Positions 1 to 12,291 of a stretch of 64,000 nucleotides of DNA are shown in pieces. The stretch is from NCBI GenBank assembly GCA_032718475.1, contig JAUCBJ010002525.1, positions 77 through 64,076 of the forward strand, written 5' to 3'. The stretch is from Nemertoderma westbladi. Lineage: Eukaryota; Animalia; Xenacoelomorpha. How positions within the stretch are numbered: position 1 is the stretch's first letter; every line of letters begins with the position of its first letter. The notes below the pieces were generated by a model. It did no database searches. It saw only the letters and a list, made by a program, of their open reading frames with translations, and was not told the origin of the DNA. The translations under genes were made by a program, and so were the position numbers.

Positions 1-1080
1 AAAGGAAACTTCTCCCTCCATCCGTAATGCCGCTCGATTCCAATTGGATGATGAACTAGATCGCTATCAGCTGTTTGACTGGGTTGTGTTAATTCCACCG
101 GCCGAATTACTTTGGTATAATCGGGAATTCCAATTCCAAAGAACTGATTAATCGCGCAGCCGTCAACCTTTTGGGAAATAAATAGGTAAAAGTAAAGTTA
201 TTGGTTAAGCATCCGAAGGCTCCTCTCTCTTGGCTGTTACCTATAAGGCATGGAGGGCGCTCTTTAAAGCCCCCCCCCCCCCCCGCAACAGAAGCCAGGA
301 CCACATATACTGTACGTACAATTAGATTACGAGCTATAGGTCCTAATTAAGTTAAGTAAGAAAGCTCTTATGCTACAACAAGTAATAATAGCTCATGGGA
401 AATAGCTCATCTAAGGTGTAGGTAACATTACTCCTAGAAAAATGAAAGTCTATATAAAAGATTACGGAACACGGAGACTTCGGATATTAATCTGTGCCCT
501 GAAAACATCTTAAACATTTTATATGAACAGGCTGGGATAATGGAAAAACATTAAACAATAAAACCGCAGTTTAAAACAAAATAAATAAATTTGAATCACG
601 AGTGTATTTGTTCAAGCGACCATTCAAACCGAGCACCCACCCCCCCCCCCCACCCCCCCCCCCCCCCCCCCCCAATTCCTCCATCCTCCCCCGTTTCCTC
701 TACAGTATAATGATATCCACCCATTACAGAGTTGCACCAACTTACACCATTATTAAATGTTTGATAGTGGCCCACTAGCTTTGCTATTAACTACCAACAA
801 GTCCATCAAACAAAATTTATTCATTCCCCCGCCTCCATATCAATTCCTCCGTAATAATTAACTAATTTTAACAGTAAATAGTCCTTATGGTCAAATTATT
901 GGTGATGGGGTGTTTAAATTCTCTTTTAAAATCTAACATTTATTTTGTATTTATTTTTAAAACAAAGAATTTAATTGAATTGAACGTAGTACAGGCAGCA
1001 CCAATAATAATTAACGTAGCACCAATAATTTATTATAACATATATTGTATTACATCTGCTTTCCTTTAAAACAGTCCCAC

Positions 1081-1416
1081 CTTGTTTACTTTATCGATAT
1101 TTGAGCCATAAACCGGATTTATAATAACCGCATCGCATTTCTCTAACGCCAGCATCCTTGTTAGTATCTCGTTGGAAGCCATCCGTGATTCTTTGTTGGA
1201 AATCTCGCCCCGGAGTGCTGCGAAAGCGGGACTAACAACCACTCTCAGCGTTGTGAATGCACCACTAACTGCACCGGTATGTGCACCGCTAACCCGACCG
1301 GTTTGTGCACCGCTAACTGCACCGGTATGTGCACCGCTACCTGCTGCACCAGTATGTGCACCGCCATCGAGTCCCGAAGTTCTAACCGATGGCACTCCAA
1401 CCCCCCCTGTAGCCAT
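1081..1416 (-). CDS. Putative coding exon of an unidentified minus-strand gene, with 8-aa repeats (GAHTGAVS)
   Basis: ATG-started ORF with four to five 24-bp repeats. Possible donor AAG|GTGGGA at 1080, acceptor TTCTTTAAG near 1503 and upstream donor AAG|GTGAGT near 2093. No recognisable domain. Confidence 0.3.
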
Positions 1417-2241
1417 AGTAACCGATATTTAATATTATTTATGTTGTAGGTGAGACAAATATCCGACATCGCTGAATTGTATCATATCTTAACACATTTC
1501 CACTTAAAGAAATAAAATAAAACACATGTGTACTTCAAACAGTCAAACAATCTGATGTTTACACTACGACTACACAACACACTATGAGGATAAATACTGT
1601 TAATTAATAATACTATTGTAATAATGATTGGTAATTGAGAATACTAATACTACAGTAATAGGCTTAGATAATTAAATTATTTAAAAACTTATAAACAAAT
1701 CATCAAACGAAAACTAATGAACTATTGATGATTACAATGTAGGATACATGGTGTTGGTCAAACCAACATACAATGAATTGTTATAGGGGCAAAAGAGATT
1801 CCATCCTGCCATTGTTATTGATAGTAGAGCGCCATCCTAATAATATATCAGTGCCAAATCATAAGGCAGTAAGGCCTATCTATACTCACTGCTACCAAAG
1901 CAAAATAAATCAATGTGTTACTATACCGTTAGCACGAAAGCTGTATCTTAAGGTGTACCGCGTAAATAAATTTATATTTAATAAGATTTACAGCAGTAAA
2001 ATAGGTATACCTTAGATAGCATATATCTGATAGCGCAGCTATTTCAGTAAGCAATGACACAGCGTGCACGTTGTGTAAGTGAGATTCACTCACCTTGGTG
2101 GGTACTGGAAGCTATATTTAGATTAGTGATGTTTATTGCCACATTTTAACGCCATCTACTGTGCGGTGGTGGAATACAATTTTGTTACAACTGCTTTACC
2201 TCAACCAAAAGCTGCTGGCCAACTCAGCACATTGTTGACAT

Positions 2242-2255
2242 GTTACCATGGTAAT
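2242..2255. promoter_or_regulatory. RFX X-box-like palindrome
   Basis: GTTACCATGGTAAT closely matches GTNRCC-N-RGYAAC. A second match, GTTGCCCAGCAAC, lies at 2835-2847. Both are upstream of the putative minus-strand gene. Confidence 0.3.
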
Positions 2256-3053
2256 AAACGCAAGTTCTTTCCTGAGAATTACTTTTGGGATTGTTTCTCC
2301 GGGTTAAAATTAAATGAAGTAAAATTAAAACTGATGTTTTGGAAAAGAAGTATTTGAAACTACTGTGAGCGAACCATTCAATGGGGAGGAAATATCTTGC
2401 ATTATTAAAAAACTAAAACCAGGGAAGGGTCCCGGCGCAGACCAACTAGATACTGACATTTTTATACTAGGTAGTGAGTCATTGACGAAAGAAAGGACTT
2501 CTTACTGTAAAAGTATTCACTATCTCTATCTATCTCTATAATATTTGCAAAAGGTCCAAAGAGCCAACGGCCCTAGTCTCGGAGATTTACTCGTCTAGGT
2601 AAAATAATACTTACAGCACATAAAAAATAATCACTGAAAAACTTGAGAAATTTCGATCGAGTATTAAAGTTACGATCTGCCCCAGTTTACATTGATCTAA
2701 ATTGTTATTGGCTAAAAGGTAGTATAGGATACTGTTGCTAAGGCTACCTATAAAACAATACAACAGTCGTGAATTATATTGTAATAATAAGGAACATAAT
2801 AGGAATCTCAGATTTTCGCAGTATTGTTTACAGAGTTGCCCAGCAACACTCTAAAATAGCATCGTAACTAAATTACGATAATCGGAAGCAGGATTAATCG
2901 GAAACAGTTTTATACATACCAATATACGATAATCGTGGCTACGATAGTCGTAATCCAACTTACGACTTATTTAGAGTTACGACGGACGTAAATTTACGAC
3001 TGTTTTATGCATACGGGCCATTGGCATTTGAATTTTCCATGAATTAGTTTCCA

Positions 3054-3230
3054 CTGCAGGCCATTTATTCTATTAATAAATACACAATGTTCTAGAACGT
3101 TTTGTTTATCTCATAAGTAACTTGGCAACAATGCAATGCCTACATGATGGTACTAGTATATGGATATTCCCACATAAGCAAAATGTTCTAGAACATTGTG
3201 TATTTATTAAATAGAATAAATGGCCTGCAG
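3054..3230. repeat. Small inverted repeat, MITE-like
   Basis: Arms of about 45 bp: ctgcaggccatttattctattaataaatacacaatgttctagaac and its reverse complement. One arm recurs near 13607-13645. Confidence 0.6.
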
Positions 3231-4085
3231 CGGAAGCAAAACCAACATTCGAATGCCAATATCTCAGCCATTTCCCAACCAAATTCAAATATTTTTTACA
3301 TATTAGGAATCCTTGCACGGTCAGCTTTCCACTAGTACCAACAAATCACTACAGGTATGAAGAATATAACTGCTGTGTTACTGCTGATATTCGTCGGAGA
3401 CACTTTTTTAAACGCTTCTAGCTAAACAATGAAAGCAAAATATAAAAATTCTGGCTCACCCAGTAAGGAAGAGGGAGATGAAGATGACACTAACACCGTT
3501 TCAAATTTCATGCAATCTCATTAATATTTATAGAAACATATGGGGGGGGGGGGGGGCAGGTACCTGAATAACGACACTATATTCCTGGGCATGGTGATTT
3601 AATATCCGTTCAGAAAAAACTGAAATGGAAGCGCACTACAGTAGATAATATTATTATTCCTAAAATAATTAACTGCTAGCAAAAATCAGAAAGTAGGCCC
3701 CAACTGGTATTTACGATTAAACAGTTTCCAGTCCTGGTATAAATTAATATTCTAGAAGTCCATGCCTCGGCAGATTGTTTGCTTTTGCTTTGTTTTTTTT
3801 TTAAATAAAATTCAGAAAAAAACTTCATTAAGAATACATTTAAATATTTCCCATGCCATTAATGTAAATTACATATAATTTAATGTAATATACTGTACTG
3901 TATAACACCAAATATACAATTCTATACAGAAAAAAAAACTATTACAAATTTACACAAAGATTTATCAATACAATTAATTATTTATAGCTTAAAACAATTT
4001 GCGTACCAACACTTAAAAAAGGCGGCACACTGTCGCCTTTTTCATCTAAATAATTCAGGAACATTCATTGTAACTTTACCACCAG

Positions 4086-4800
4086 CGCCTTTACATATTT
4101 TATATTGACCCCCAGGGAGGCAGGGTGCCTGGCGCCTTTAAATATTTTATATTGACCCCCAGGGAGGCAGGGTGCCTGGCGCCTTTAAATATTTTATATT
4201 TAACCCCAGGGAGGCAGGGTGCCTGGCGCCTTTACATATTTTATATTGACCCCCAGGGAGGCAGGGTGCCGCCTTTACATATTTTATATTGACCCCCAGG
4301 GAGGCAGGGTGACGCCTTTACATATTTTATATTGACCCCCAGGGAGGCAGGGTGCCGCCTTTACATATTTTATATTGACCCCCAGGGAGGCAGGGTGACG
4401 CCTTTACATATTTTATATTGACCCCCAGGGAGGCAGGGTGCCGCCTTTACATATTTTATATTGACCCCCAGGGAGGCAGGGTGCCGCCTTTACATATTTT
4501 ATATTGACCCCCAGGGAGGCAGGGTGCCTGGCGCCTTTACATATTTTATATTGACCCCCAGGGAGGCAGGGTGCCTGGCGCCTTTACATATTTTATATTG
4601 ACCCCCAGGGAGGCAGGGTGCCGCCTTTACATATTTTATATTGACCCCCAGGGAGGCAGGGTGACGCCTTTACATATTTTATATTGACCCCCAGGGAGGC
4701 AGGGTGCCGCCTTTACATATTTTATATTGACCCCCAGGGAGGCAGGGTGACGCCTTTACATATTTTATATTGACCCCCAGGGAGGCAGGGTGACGCCTTT
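4086..4800. repeat. Minisatellite, 43/47-bp unit, about 16 copies
   Basis: Unit cgcctttacatattttatattgacccccagggaggcagggtg followed by a, c or cctgg. Confidence 0.97.
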
Positions 4801-4897
4801 ATTTAAAACCTCTTATAAACTTTTTTAAACTATTGGGGCGGAAAATATTCGTGTTGGGCAGGAAAAACTGGTCTAGAAAAGAGAATTTAATATTGCT

Positions 4898-7800
4898 TGA
4901 AGGGATTCCTATTGGTTTGGGTGTATGAAAGGATTCCTATTGGTTTGGGTGTATGAAGGGATTCCTATTGGTTTGGGTGTATGAAGGGATTCCTATTGGT
5001 CTGGGTGTATGAAGGGATTCCTATTGGTTTGGGTGTATGAAGGGATTCCTGTTGGTTTGAGTGTATGAAGGGATTCCTATTGGTTTGGGTGTATGAAGGG
5101 ATTCCTATTGGTTTGGGTGTATGAAGGGATTCCTGTTGGTTTGAGTGTATGAAGGGATTCCTATTGGTTTGGGTGTATGAAGGGATTCCTATTGGTTTGG
5201 GTGTATGAAGGGATTCCTATTGGTTTGAGTGTATGAAGGAATTCCTATTGGTTTGAGTGTATGAAGGGATTCCTATTGGTTTGGGTGTATGAAGGGATTC
5301 CTGTTGGTTTGAGTGTATGAAGGGATTCCTGTTGGTTTGAGTGTATGAAGGGTTTCCTATTGGTTTGAGTGTATGAAGGGATTCCTATTGGTTTGAGTGT
5401 ATGAAGGAATTCCTATTGGTTTGGGTGTATGAAGGGATTCCTATTGGTTTGAGTGTATGAAGGGATTCCTATTGGTTTGGGTGTATGAAGGGATTCCTGT
5501 TGATTTGAGTGTATGAAGGGATTTCTATTGGTTTGGGTGTATGAAGGGATTCCTGTTGGTTTGAGTGTATGAAGGGATTCCTATTGGTTTGAGTGTATGA
5601 AGGGATTCCTATTGGTTTGGGTGTATGAAGGGATTCCTGTTGATTTGAGTGTATGAAGGGATTTCTATTGGTTTGAGTGTATGAAGGGATTCCTGTTGGT
5701 TTGAGTGTATGAAGGGATTCCTATTGGTTTGAGTGTATGAAGGGATTCCTATTGGTTTGGGTGTATGAAGGGATTCCTGTTGGTTTGGGTGTATGAAGGG
5801 ATTCCTATTGGTTTGAGTGTATGAAGGGATTCCTGTTGGTTTGGGTGTATGAAGGGATTCCTATTGGTTTGAGTGTATGAAGGAATTCCTATTGGTTTGG
5901 GTGTATGAAGGGATTCCTGTTGGTTTGGGTGTATGAAGGGATTCCTATTGGTTTGAGTGTATGAAGGAATTCCTATTGGTTTGAGTGTATGAAGGGATTC
6001 CTGTTGATTTGAGTGTATGAAGGGATTTCTATTGGTTTGGGTGTATGAAGGGATTCCTGTTGGTTTGAGTGTATGAAGGGATTCCTATTGGTTTGAGTGT
6101 ATGAAGGGATTCCTATTGGTTTGGGTGTATGAAGGGATTCCTGTTGATTTGAGTGTATGAAGGGATTTCTATTGGTTTGAGTGTATGAAGGGATTCCTGT
6201 TGGTTTGAGTGTATGAAGGGATTCCTATTGGTTTGAGTGTATGAAGGGATTCCTATTGGTTTGGGTGTATGAAGGGATTCCTGTTGGTTTGGGTGTATGA
6301 AGGGATTCCTATTGGTTTGGGTGTATGAAGGGATTCCTGTTGGTTTGAGTGTATGAAGGGATTCCTATTGGTTTGGGTGTATGAAGGGATTCCTATTGGT
6401 TTGGGTGTATGAAGGGATTCCTGTTGGTTTGAGTGTATGAAGGGATTCCTATTGGTTTGGGTGTATGAAGGGATTCCTGTTGGTTTGAGTGTATGAAAGG
6501 ATTCCTATTGGTTTGGGTGTATGAAGGGATTCCTATTGGTTTGGGTGTATGAAGGGATTCCTGTTGGTTTGGGTGTATGAAGGGATTCCTATTGGTTTGG
6601 GTGTATGAAGGGATTCCTATTGGTTTGGGTGTATGAAGGGATTCCTGTTGGTTTGAGTGTATGAAGGGATTCCTATTGGTTTGGGTGTATGAAGGGATTC
6701 CTATTGGTTTGGGTGTATGAAGGGATTCCTGTTGGTTTGAGTGTATGAAGGGATTCCTATTGGTTTGGGTGTATGAAGGGATTCCTATTGGTTTGGGTGT
6801 ATGAAGGGATTCCTGTTGGTTTGAGTGTATGAAGGGATTCCTATTGGTTTGGGTGTATGAAGGGATTCCTATTGGTTTGAGTGTATGAAGGGATTCCTAT
6901 TGGTTTGAGTGTATGAAGGGATTCCTATTGGTTTGGGTGTATGAAGGGATTCCTGTTGGTTTGGGTGTATGAAGGGATTCCTATTGGTTTGGGTGTATGA
7001 AGGGATTCCTATTGGTTTGGGTGTATGAAGGGATTCCTGTTGGTTTGAGTGTATGAAGGGATTCCTATTGGTTTGGGTGTATGAAGGGATTTCTATTGGT
7101 TTGGGTGTATGAAGGGATTCCTATTGGTTTGAGTGTATGAAGGGATTCCTATTGGTTTGGGTGTATGAAGGGATTCCTGTTGGTTTGAGTGTATGAAGGG
7201 ATTCCTGTTGGTTTGAGTGTATGAAGGGATTTCTATTGGTTTGGGTGTATGAAGGGATTCCTGTTGGTTTGAGTGTATGAAGGGATTCCTATTGGTTTGG
7301 GTGTATGAAGGGATTCCTATTGGTTTGAGTGTATGAAGGGATTCCTATTGGTTTGGGTGTATGAAGGGATTCCTGTTGGTTTGAGTGTATGAAAGGATTC
7401 CTATTGGTTTGGGTGTATGAAGGGATTCCTATTGGTTTGAGTGTATGAAGGGATTCCTATTGGTTTGGGTGTATGAAGGGATTCCTGTTGGTTTGAGTGT
7501 ATGAAGGGATTCCTATTGGTTTGGGTGTATGAAGGGATTCCTGTTGGTTTGAGTGTATGAAGGGATTCCTATTGGTTTGGGTGTATGAAGGGATTCCTAT
7601 TGGTTTGGGTGTATGAAGGGATTCCTGTTGGTTTGAGTGTATGAAGGGATTCCTATTGGTTTGGGTGTATGAAGGGATTCCTGTTGGTTTGAGTGTATGA
7701 AAGGATTCCTATTGGTTTGGGTGTATGAAGGGATTCCTGTTGGTTTGAGTGTATGAAGGGATTCCTATTGGTTTGGGTGTATGAAGGGATTCCTGTTGGT

Positions 7801-8201
7801 TTGAGTGTATGAAGGGATTCCTGTTGGTTTGAGTGTATGAAGGGATTTCTATTGGTTTGGGTGTATGAAGGGATTCCTGTTGGTTTGAGTGTATGAAGGG
7901 ATTCCTATTGGTTTGGGTGTATGAAGGGATTCCTATTGGTTTGAGTGTATGAAGGGATTCCTATTGGTTTGGGTGTATGAAGGGATTCCTGTTGGTTTGA
8001 GTGTATGAAAGGATTCCTATTGGTTTGGGTGTATGAAGGGATTCCTGTTGGTTTGAGTGTATGAAGGGATTCCTATTGGTTTGGGTGTATGAAGGGATTC
8101 CTGTTGGTTTGAGTGTATGAAGGGATTCCTGTTGGTTTGAGTGTATGAAGGGATTTCTATTGGTTTGGGTGTATGAAGGGATTCCTGTTGGTTTGAGTGT
8201 A
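4898..8201. repeat. Satellite array, 28-bp unit, about 118 copies
   Basis: Unit tgaagggattcctRttggtttgRgtgta repeated without interruption for about 3.3 kb. Confidence 0.99.
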
Positions 8202-8438
8202 CAGGTACATTAAATGACATAATTTATGAAATTTAATTTCGGTTTATCCAAAAATAATATTACAATTGATTAAGGCGGCAGTGTCCGCCCAGGATAAGTA
8301 GTAATATGGTTATCCTCTTTATTAAAAAAAACGCTGGTACAAGAAAATAAAACTTGGTCCGATCAAATATTATTTTTCTTGGTCCCTGGGAGTAAAAATT
8401 CATGTAAATTAATGTTTGGTATGCAAAGGGTTAGTAGA

Positions 8439-11400
8439 CTAGTCTCCAACATCGTTCGAAGGTTGAACTTTTCTTTCTAATATTGGGGAGATAGACAGTT
8501 CCCTGGGAGTAGTTTGGTCTCTGGAACTATCTCTGGGTGTAGTTTGTTGACTTTCGTACGACACAGGTCTACCATCGATGTCTCCAGCCTCTACAATGTC
8601 CCTCAGTTTCTTCTTTAGCTGTCTCGATTGTTTCTTATAGTAATACAAGTCCTTCTCTAGGTCCTCCACTCTCTGTTCCAACTCCTCGTCTACTCCACCC
8701 GATCTCAGATCCGACCCCGCCATCTGCTTTATCAAGGTCTGCACCCGATACTCGTGTTGCTTCCTAAGATGCGTTAACTTCCTATCATTCTCTACAGCGT
8801 CCTTCTCCAAAGCGTTCTCTAAGTTCCCTAGCAACCTCTGCTGCTCATTTACTTTCACTTCGAGTTCTGTGTTCTGAAGTTGAACACGCTTCTCTCGATC
8901 CCTTAAATCTACGACTTTATCAAAAAATACTTTTAATAAATTGGAATTCTCGTTGGCACTTAGATTTCCTAATCGACTCATCAGCTGGGAATACGATGTC
9001 TTCAGCTGTTTATTTGATTCACTTAAACTCAACTGTTTGCTTTGTATAACGTCGGTTTTATACTCTATAGTTGCCTCTAATGCTTCTATACCTTCCTGTA
9101 ACTCAATCAATCGCCGTTCATCAGCCACGCTTAGGACTTTACCTTCCATAAGGTCGGTGTCTAGCTTCAACCTCTCGTTATCTAACTTATCTCTGGCTGC
9201 CAATAACTCTTCCACGTTGTTCTTCAGTTTATCCCGAACGTCCCTCGGGGTAGCAGGCCGTTCAATCTCGGCGTTCCGTTCCGCTATTTGGTTGTCAACA
9301 TCTCGGAGTTTACTAACTATATCGAGTTTATTGCAACTCATCTGTTGGCTGCTCCTCAACTGTTGCAACTCCAACTGATTGCGCTCTCTCAACAGTGCCT
9401 CTTTGTCCTCCACAATCGTCTCCCTTCTCCTCAACTCTCTCTGTAAGTCGTTCAGTTTATGTTTCGTTTGGAGTATTTTCTCGACTTCAGTATCCAGCCA
9501 CCGTTTCTGCTCATCAATACGTTTATTCTCCCCAACCAACCCCGCTGTCGACTGCCGTATCTTTCTCTGCGCTACGGCTAACTCCTCAGTTTTCCGTCTC
9601 AGAACTTTCTGCTGGTGTTCATTTCGTATCTCGAGCTCTTTGCACCGGTTTTGGTCCCTCTGTAAATCCCTATCCAGTCTGAGTTTTCTTTCACTCTCCT
9701 CCTTCAGTCGTCTCTGCAACAGCTCCTGATGGGACCGCAATCTCGCTATCTCCCCTTCCAACTCCGATATCTTTTTCCCCGCGGAGGTGACAGGAATTCC
9801 CGCCAACACCTCAGCTTCCTTCTGCCGTCGTTCCAAAACCGAGAGTTTCGTTTTTGCCTCTTCGAGCTGTTTCTCGTATTTCCGTTTCAGTTTTTCCTTA
9901 TCGGCTTCCACCTTTTGTCCTTTACTCTCTAAATCGACTAGAACTTTCTGCGCAACCTCCGATTCTTCCTTGGCTTTCTCAGTTTCTTTCTGTAGATCAG
10001 CGATTTTTCTTTTGTTTTGCTCATTAAGTTTCTCCGCTTGCTTCTCACTGCGAACCAACTCCCGTATCAACTCCTCTTTCAGACGGATATTAATAGACAA
10101 CTCCTTCATCCTCTTGGACGACTGTTTAATCTCCTTGGCACTCGCTTTCGCTTTCCTCCGGGTCACATCTGTGCTCCTCCGCAACTCGTCCAACTCGTCA
10201 TCATCTTTAACCTCGTTCTGTTTATCGCTGACCAGCTCGTTCGGTACGGAATTCTCATCGTTCAAACCGACGGCCGGGTACTTCGTAAAGGTAGACTGTA
10301 ACGGTCGGGATGGGGTCTCCCGTAACTTCAGTAGGATTTCGTCTCCAGGCAACGGGAGTCTTTGAGCCACATCCTTCTCCTCGACTTGCATCAGCAGTAA
10401 CTGACTCCGGGCTCGGACGCCCTGCAACATCTTCTCAACAGTCAGCGGACGGGCCGGAGTCGTAAAGACCTCGCGAGAGACATTACCATCCATAGCCACT
10501 AAGGGGCGCTCTACAGGGGCGCTCTTTGTCTGCCTAGTTGGGGGTCTCGACTCGACTGACACACCGCCATCTCCTGATTGGTCGACAGAGTCGTTAACCT
10601 GGACTGACGCGTTAGCGACCACCTTATTGCTATGGTAACCGTCTAGTTTCCCCTGTAGGTCTACCAACTGCTCCTGGTATCTCCTTTGCAGCTTTTTACT
10701 GTCTTCCACAGAGACTTTGGCCCGACTATATTTATCTTCTAGAATGGAAACTCTCTTTATAAGCTCGTTAGTTTCTTTGGTTTTATCATTAAATATTTCC
10801 TCATCCATCTTCAACTCTAGTTTACTTTGTTCCAACTCTTTCGTTAGACGCTTAACAGTCTCATCCACATTGTTTTCTTTATCCAACACATTACCCAAAG
10901 TCTCCCCTTCTACATCGATTATCCAATCCTTAATTTTATTTAGAAGTTCCGTATTTCCCTTGAGTAAGTCGCCGTTAACGAACTCCATTAGGTAATGGTA
11001 AGCTCGTTGGGTCAGCGTAGAGAAGTGGTTACAATCGGCCCTCAGTCTGTCCAACTCTTCCAGCATACCTTTATCGCCCTCAACCACTACGTTACTCCTC
11101 TCCTTGTTGAGTTGTTCTCTTAACTCGTCGATCTGGGAGCGCATTCGCTCTACTATAATGCTCTGAGGGTCTCGATTCACTACCGGTTTGTTCTTTATGT
11201 TTCGGGCGCGGTTGGCGAACTTTAGCGAGTTGTGAGACTCCTCGTAGTCGAGGCTAGATGGACTAACGCACGCGATCATCAACGTGTTGGAGTTGCCACC
11301 CAAGGAGTCCTTTAGGAGTCGAGTTATCTTGGAATCCCTGTAGGGTATGTGGGAGATTTTCTTCTTTGGGTCCCCCAGAGCGCTGATTACGTTACCCAAA

Positions 11401-12251
11401 GCCAGTAATCCAGTGTTTATCGATATGGATTCCTTAAATCGCTCACCGACATTCCCCGTTCGGTTGGCTCTTTCGCTACCCGCCAAATCGACGAAGTGGA
11501 TCTTGGCGGACATGAAGTGGTTGGCGCGTCGGGACGATATATTCTGTGGGCTGCGCGGGCTGGGCAGTGGAGTGTCTCGCCAAGACTGCTCGATAACAAT
11601 AGTGAATATACAATGGGAGCGCGAGGAATGTTCGTTCATTAAAGTAGCGGCGGTCTGCCGTAAAGATGAGCCCATCTCTAGACAATCTAATAATTGTTCT
11701 TTAGTGAAACATTCAACCTCAGTAGCCCCTATAACCATGGTGTTACCTCGGTCGTCCTCACGTATGTGAATGTCCTTCATATTATTTTCGTTATCTAAGA
11801 GATCCCGCAACTCCTCTCTGTATAATTCGATGTAGGATACTTTTAATCGGATGTTTCTATCGATATTTTCTTTGAGTTTCTGGAATATCTTATTGACGGC
11901 CCTCGGCACTATACCGTCACATTGCTCCATATCATATTCATCCTCGTCTGGATTCGCTCCGATTATCGTGTAAGTTTTACCGGAACCAGTCTGCCCATAA
12001 GCGAATACCGTGGTGTTGTATCCACGGAAACTGTCTTCGATCAACGGGACTACACTCTCTTGGAAAACGTCGGCTTGAGTTGAGTGAATCTGTAGAACAT
12101 TATCGAAGGTGAACAGTTTCTGTTTGTGTCCGGGGCCCAGGACTACTTGATGACGTTGAGGGTTGACTTGGAGACAAACGTCCTGGTTGATGAGTTTCTC
12201 GCGAGGAAGTAACGGACGGATTCGTACCGCCACTCGCACCGGGACCTCCAT
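8439..12251 (-). CDS. KIF27: Kinesin-4 family motor, KIF7/KIF27 (Costal2-related), single coding exon, about 1270 aa
   Basis: N-terminus MEVPVRVAVRIRPLL, P-loop GQTGSGKT, switch I NEHSSRSH, switch II DLAGSE, HIPYRDSKITRLLKDSLGGN and a long coiled coil with the KIF7/27-type ELSINIRLKEELIRELV. AATAAA lies about 115 nt after the stop. The first ATG is at 12251. Confidence 0.93.
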   Translation of the reverse strand: MEVPVRVAVRIRPLLPREKLINQDVCLQVNPQRHQVVLGPGHKQKLFTFDNVLQIHSTQADVFQESVVPLIEDSFRGYNTTVFAYGQTGSGKTYTIIGANPDEDEYDMEQCDGIVPRAVNKIFQKLKENIDRNIRLKVSYIELYREELRDLLDNENNMKDIHIREDDRGNTMVIGATEVECFTKEQLLDCLEMGSSLRQTAATLMNEHSSRSHCIFTIVIEQSWRDTPLPSPRSPQNISSRRANHFMSAKIHFVDLAGSERANRTGNVGERFKESISINTGLLALGNVISALGDPKKKISHIPYRDSKITRLLKDSLGGNSNTLMIACVSPSSLDYEESHNSLKFANRARNIKNKPVVNRDPQSIIVERMRSQIDELREQLNKERSNVVVEGDKGMLEELDRLRADCNHFSTLTQRAYHYLMEFVNGDLLKGNTELLNKIKDWIIDVEGETLGNVLDKENNVDETVKRLTKELEQSKLELKMDEEIFNDKTKETNELIKRVSILEDKYSRAKVSVEDSKKLQRRYQEQLVDLQGKLDGYHSNKVVANASVQVNDSVDQSGDGGVSVESRPPTRQTKSAPVERPLVAMDGNVSREVFTTPARPLTVEKMLQGVRARSQLLLMQVEEKDVAQRLPLPGDEILLKLRETPSRPLQSTFTKYPAVGLNDENSVPNELVSDKQNEVKDDDELDELRRSTDVTRRKAKASAKEIKQSSKRMKELSINIRLKEELIRELVRSEKQAEKLNEQNKRKIADLQKETEKAKEESEVAQKVLVDLESKGQKVEADKEKLKRKYEKQLEEAKTKLSVLERRQKEAEVLAGIPVTSAGKKISELEGEIARLRSHQELLQRRLKEESERKLRLDRDLQRDQNRCKELEIRNEHQQKVLRRKTEELAVAQRKIRQSTAGLVGENKRIDEQKRWLDTEVEKILQTKHKLNDLQRELRRRETIVEDKEALLRERNQLELQQLRSSQQMSCNKLDIVSKLRDVDNQIAERNAEIERPATPRDVRDKLKNNVEELLAARDKLDNERLKLDTDLMEGKVLSVADERRLIELQEGIEALEATIEYKTDVIQSKQLSLSESNKQLKTSYSQLMSRLGNLSANENSNLLKVFFDKVVDLRDREKRVQLQNTELEVKVNEQQRLLGNLENALEKDAVENDRKLTHLRKQHEYRVQTLIKQMAGSDLRSGGVDEELEQRVEDLEKDLYYYKKQSRQLKKKLRDIVEAGDIDGRPVSYESQQTTPRDSSRDQTTPRELSISPILERKVQPSNDVGD

Positions 12252-12291
12252 TATAAAATATACAACCAATTTACACGAAACTTACAGCGGG

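Noticed and set aside
4086-8201. CRISPR-like or telomeric array
   Set aside because: Units are head-to-tail with no unique spacers, no cas genes are present, and the unit is not a telomere motif.
8017-8220. 67-aa ORF
   Set aside because: It is a translation of the 28-bp satellite.
4083-8336. hAT element (CAGCG...CGCTG) enclosing both satellites
   Set aside because: Only 5-7 bp of terminal match and no 8-bp TSD.
8941-11769. Plus-strand ORFs overlapping the kinesin
   Set aside because: Antisense shadows of coiled-coil coding sequence.
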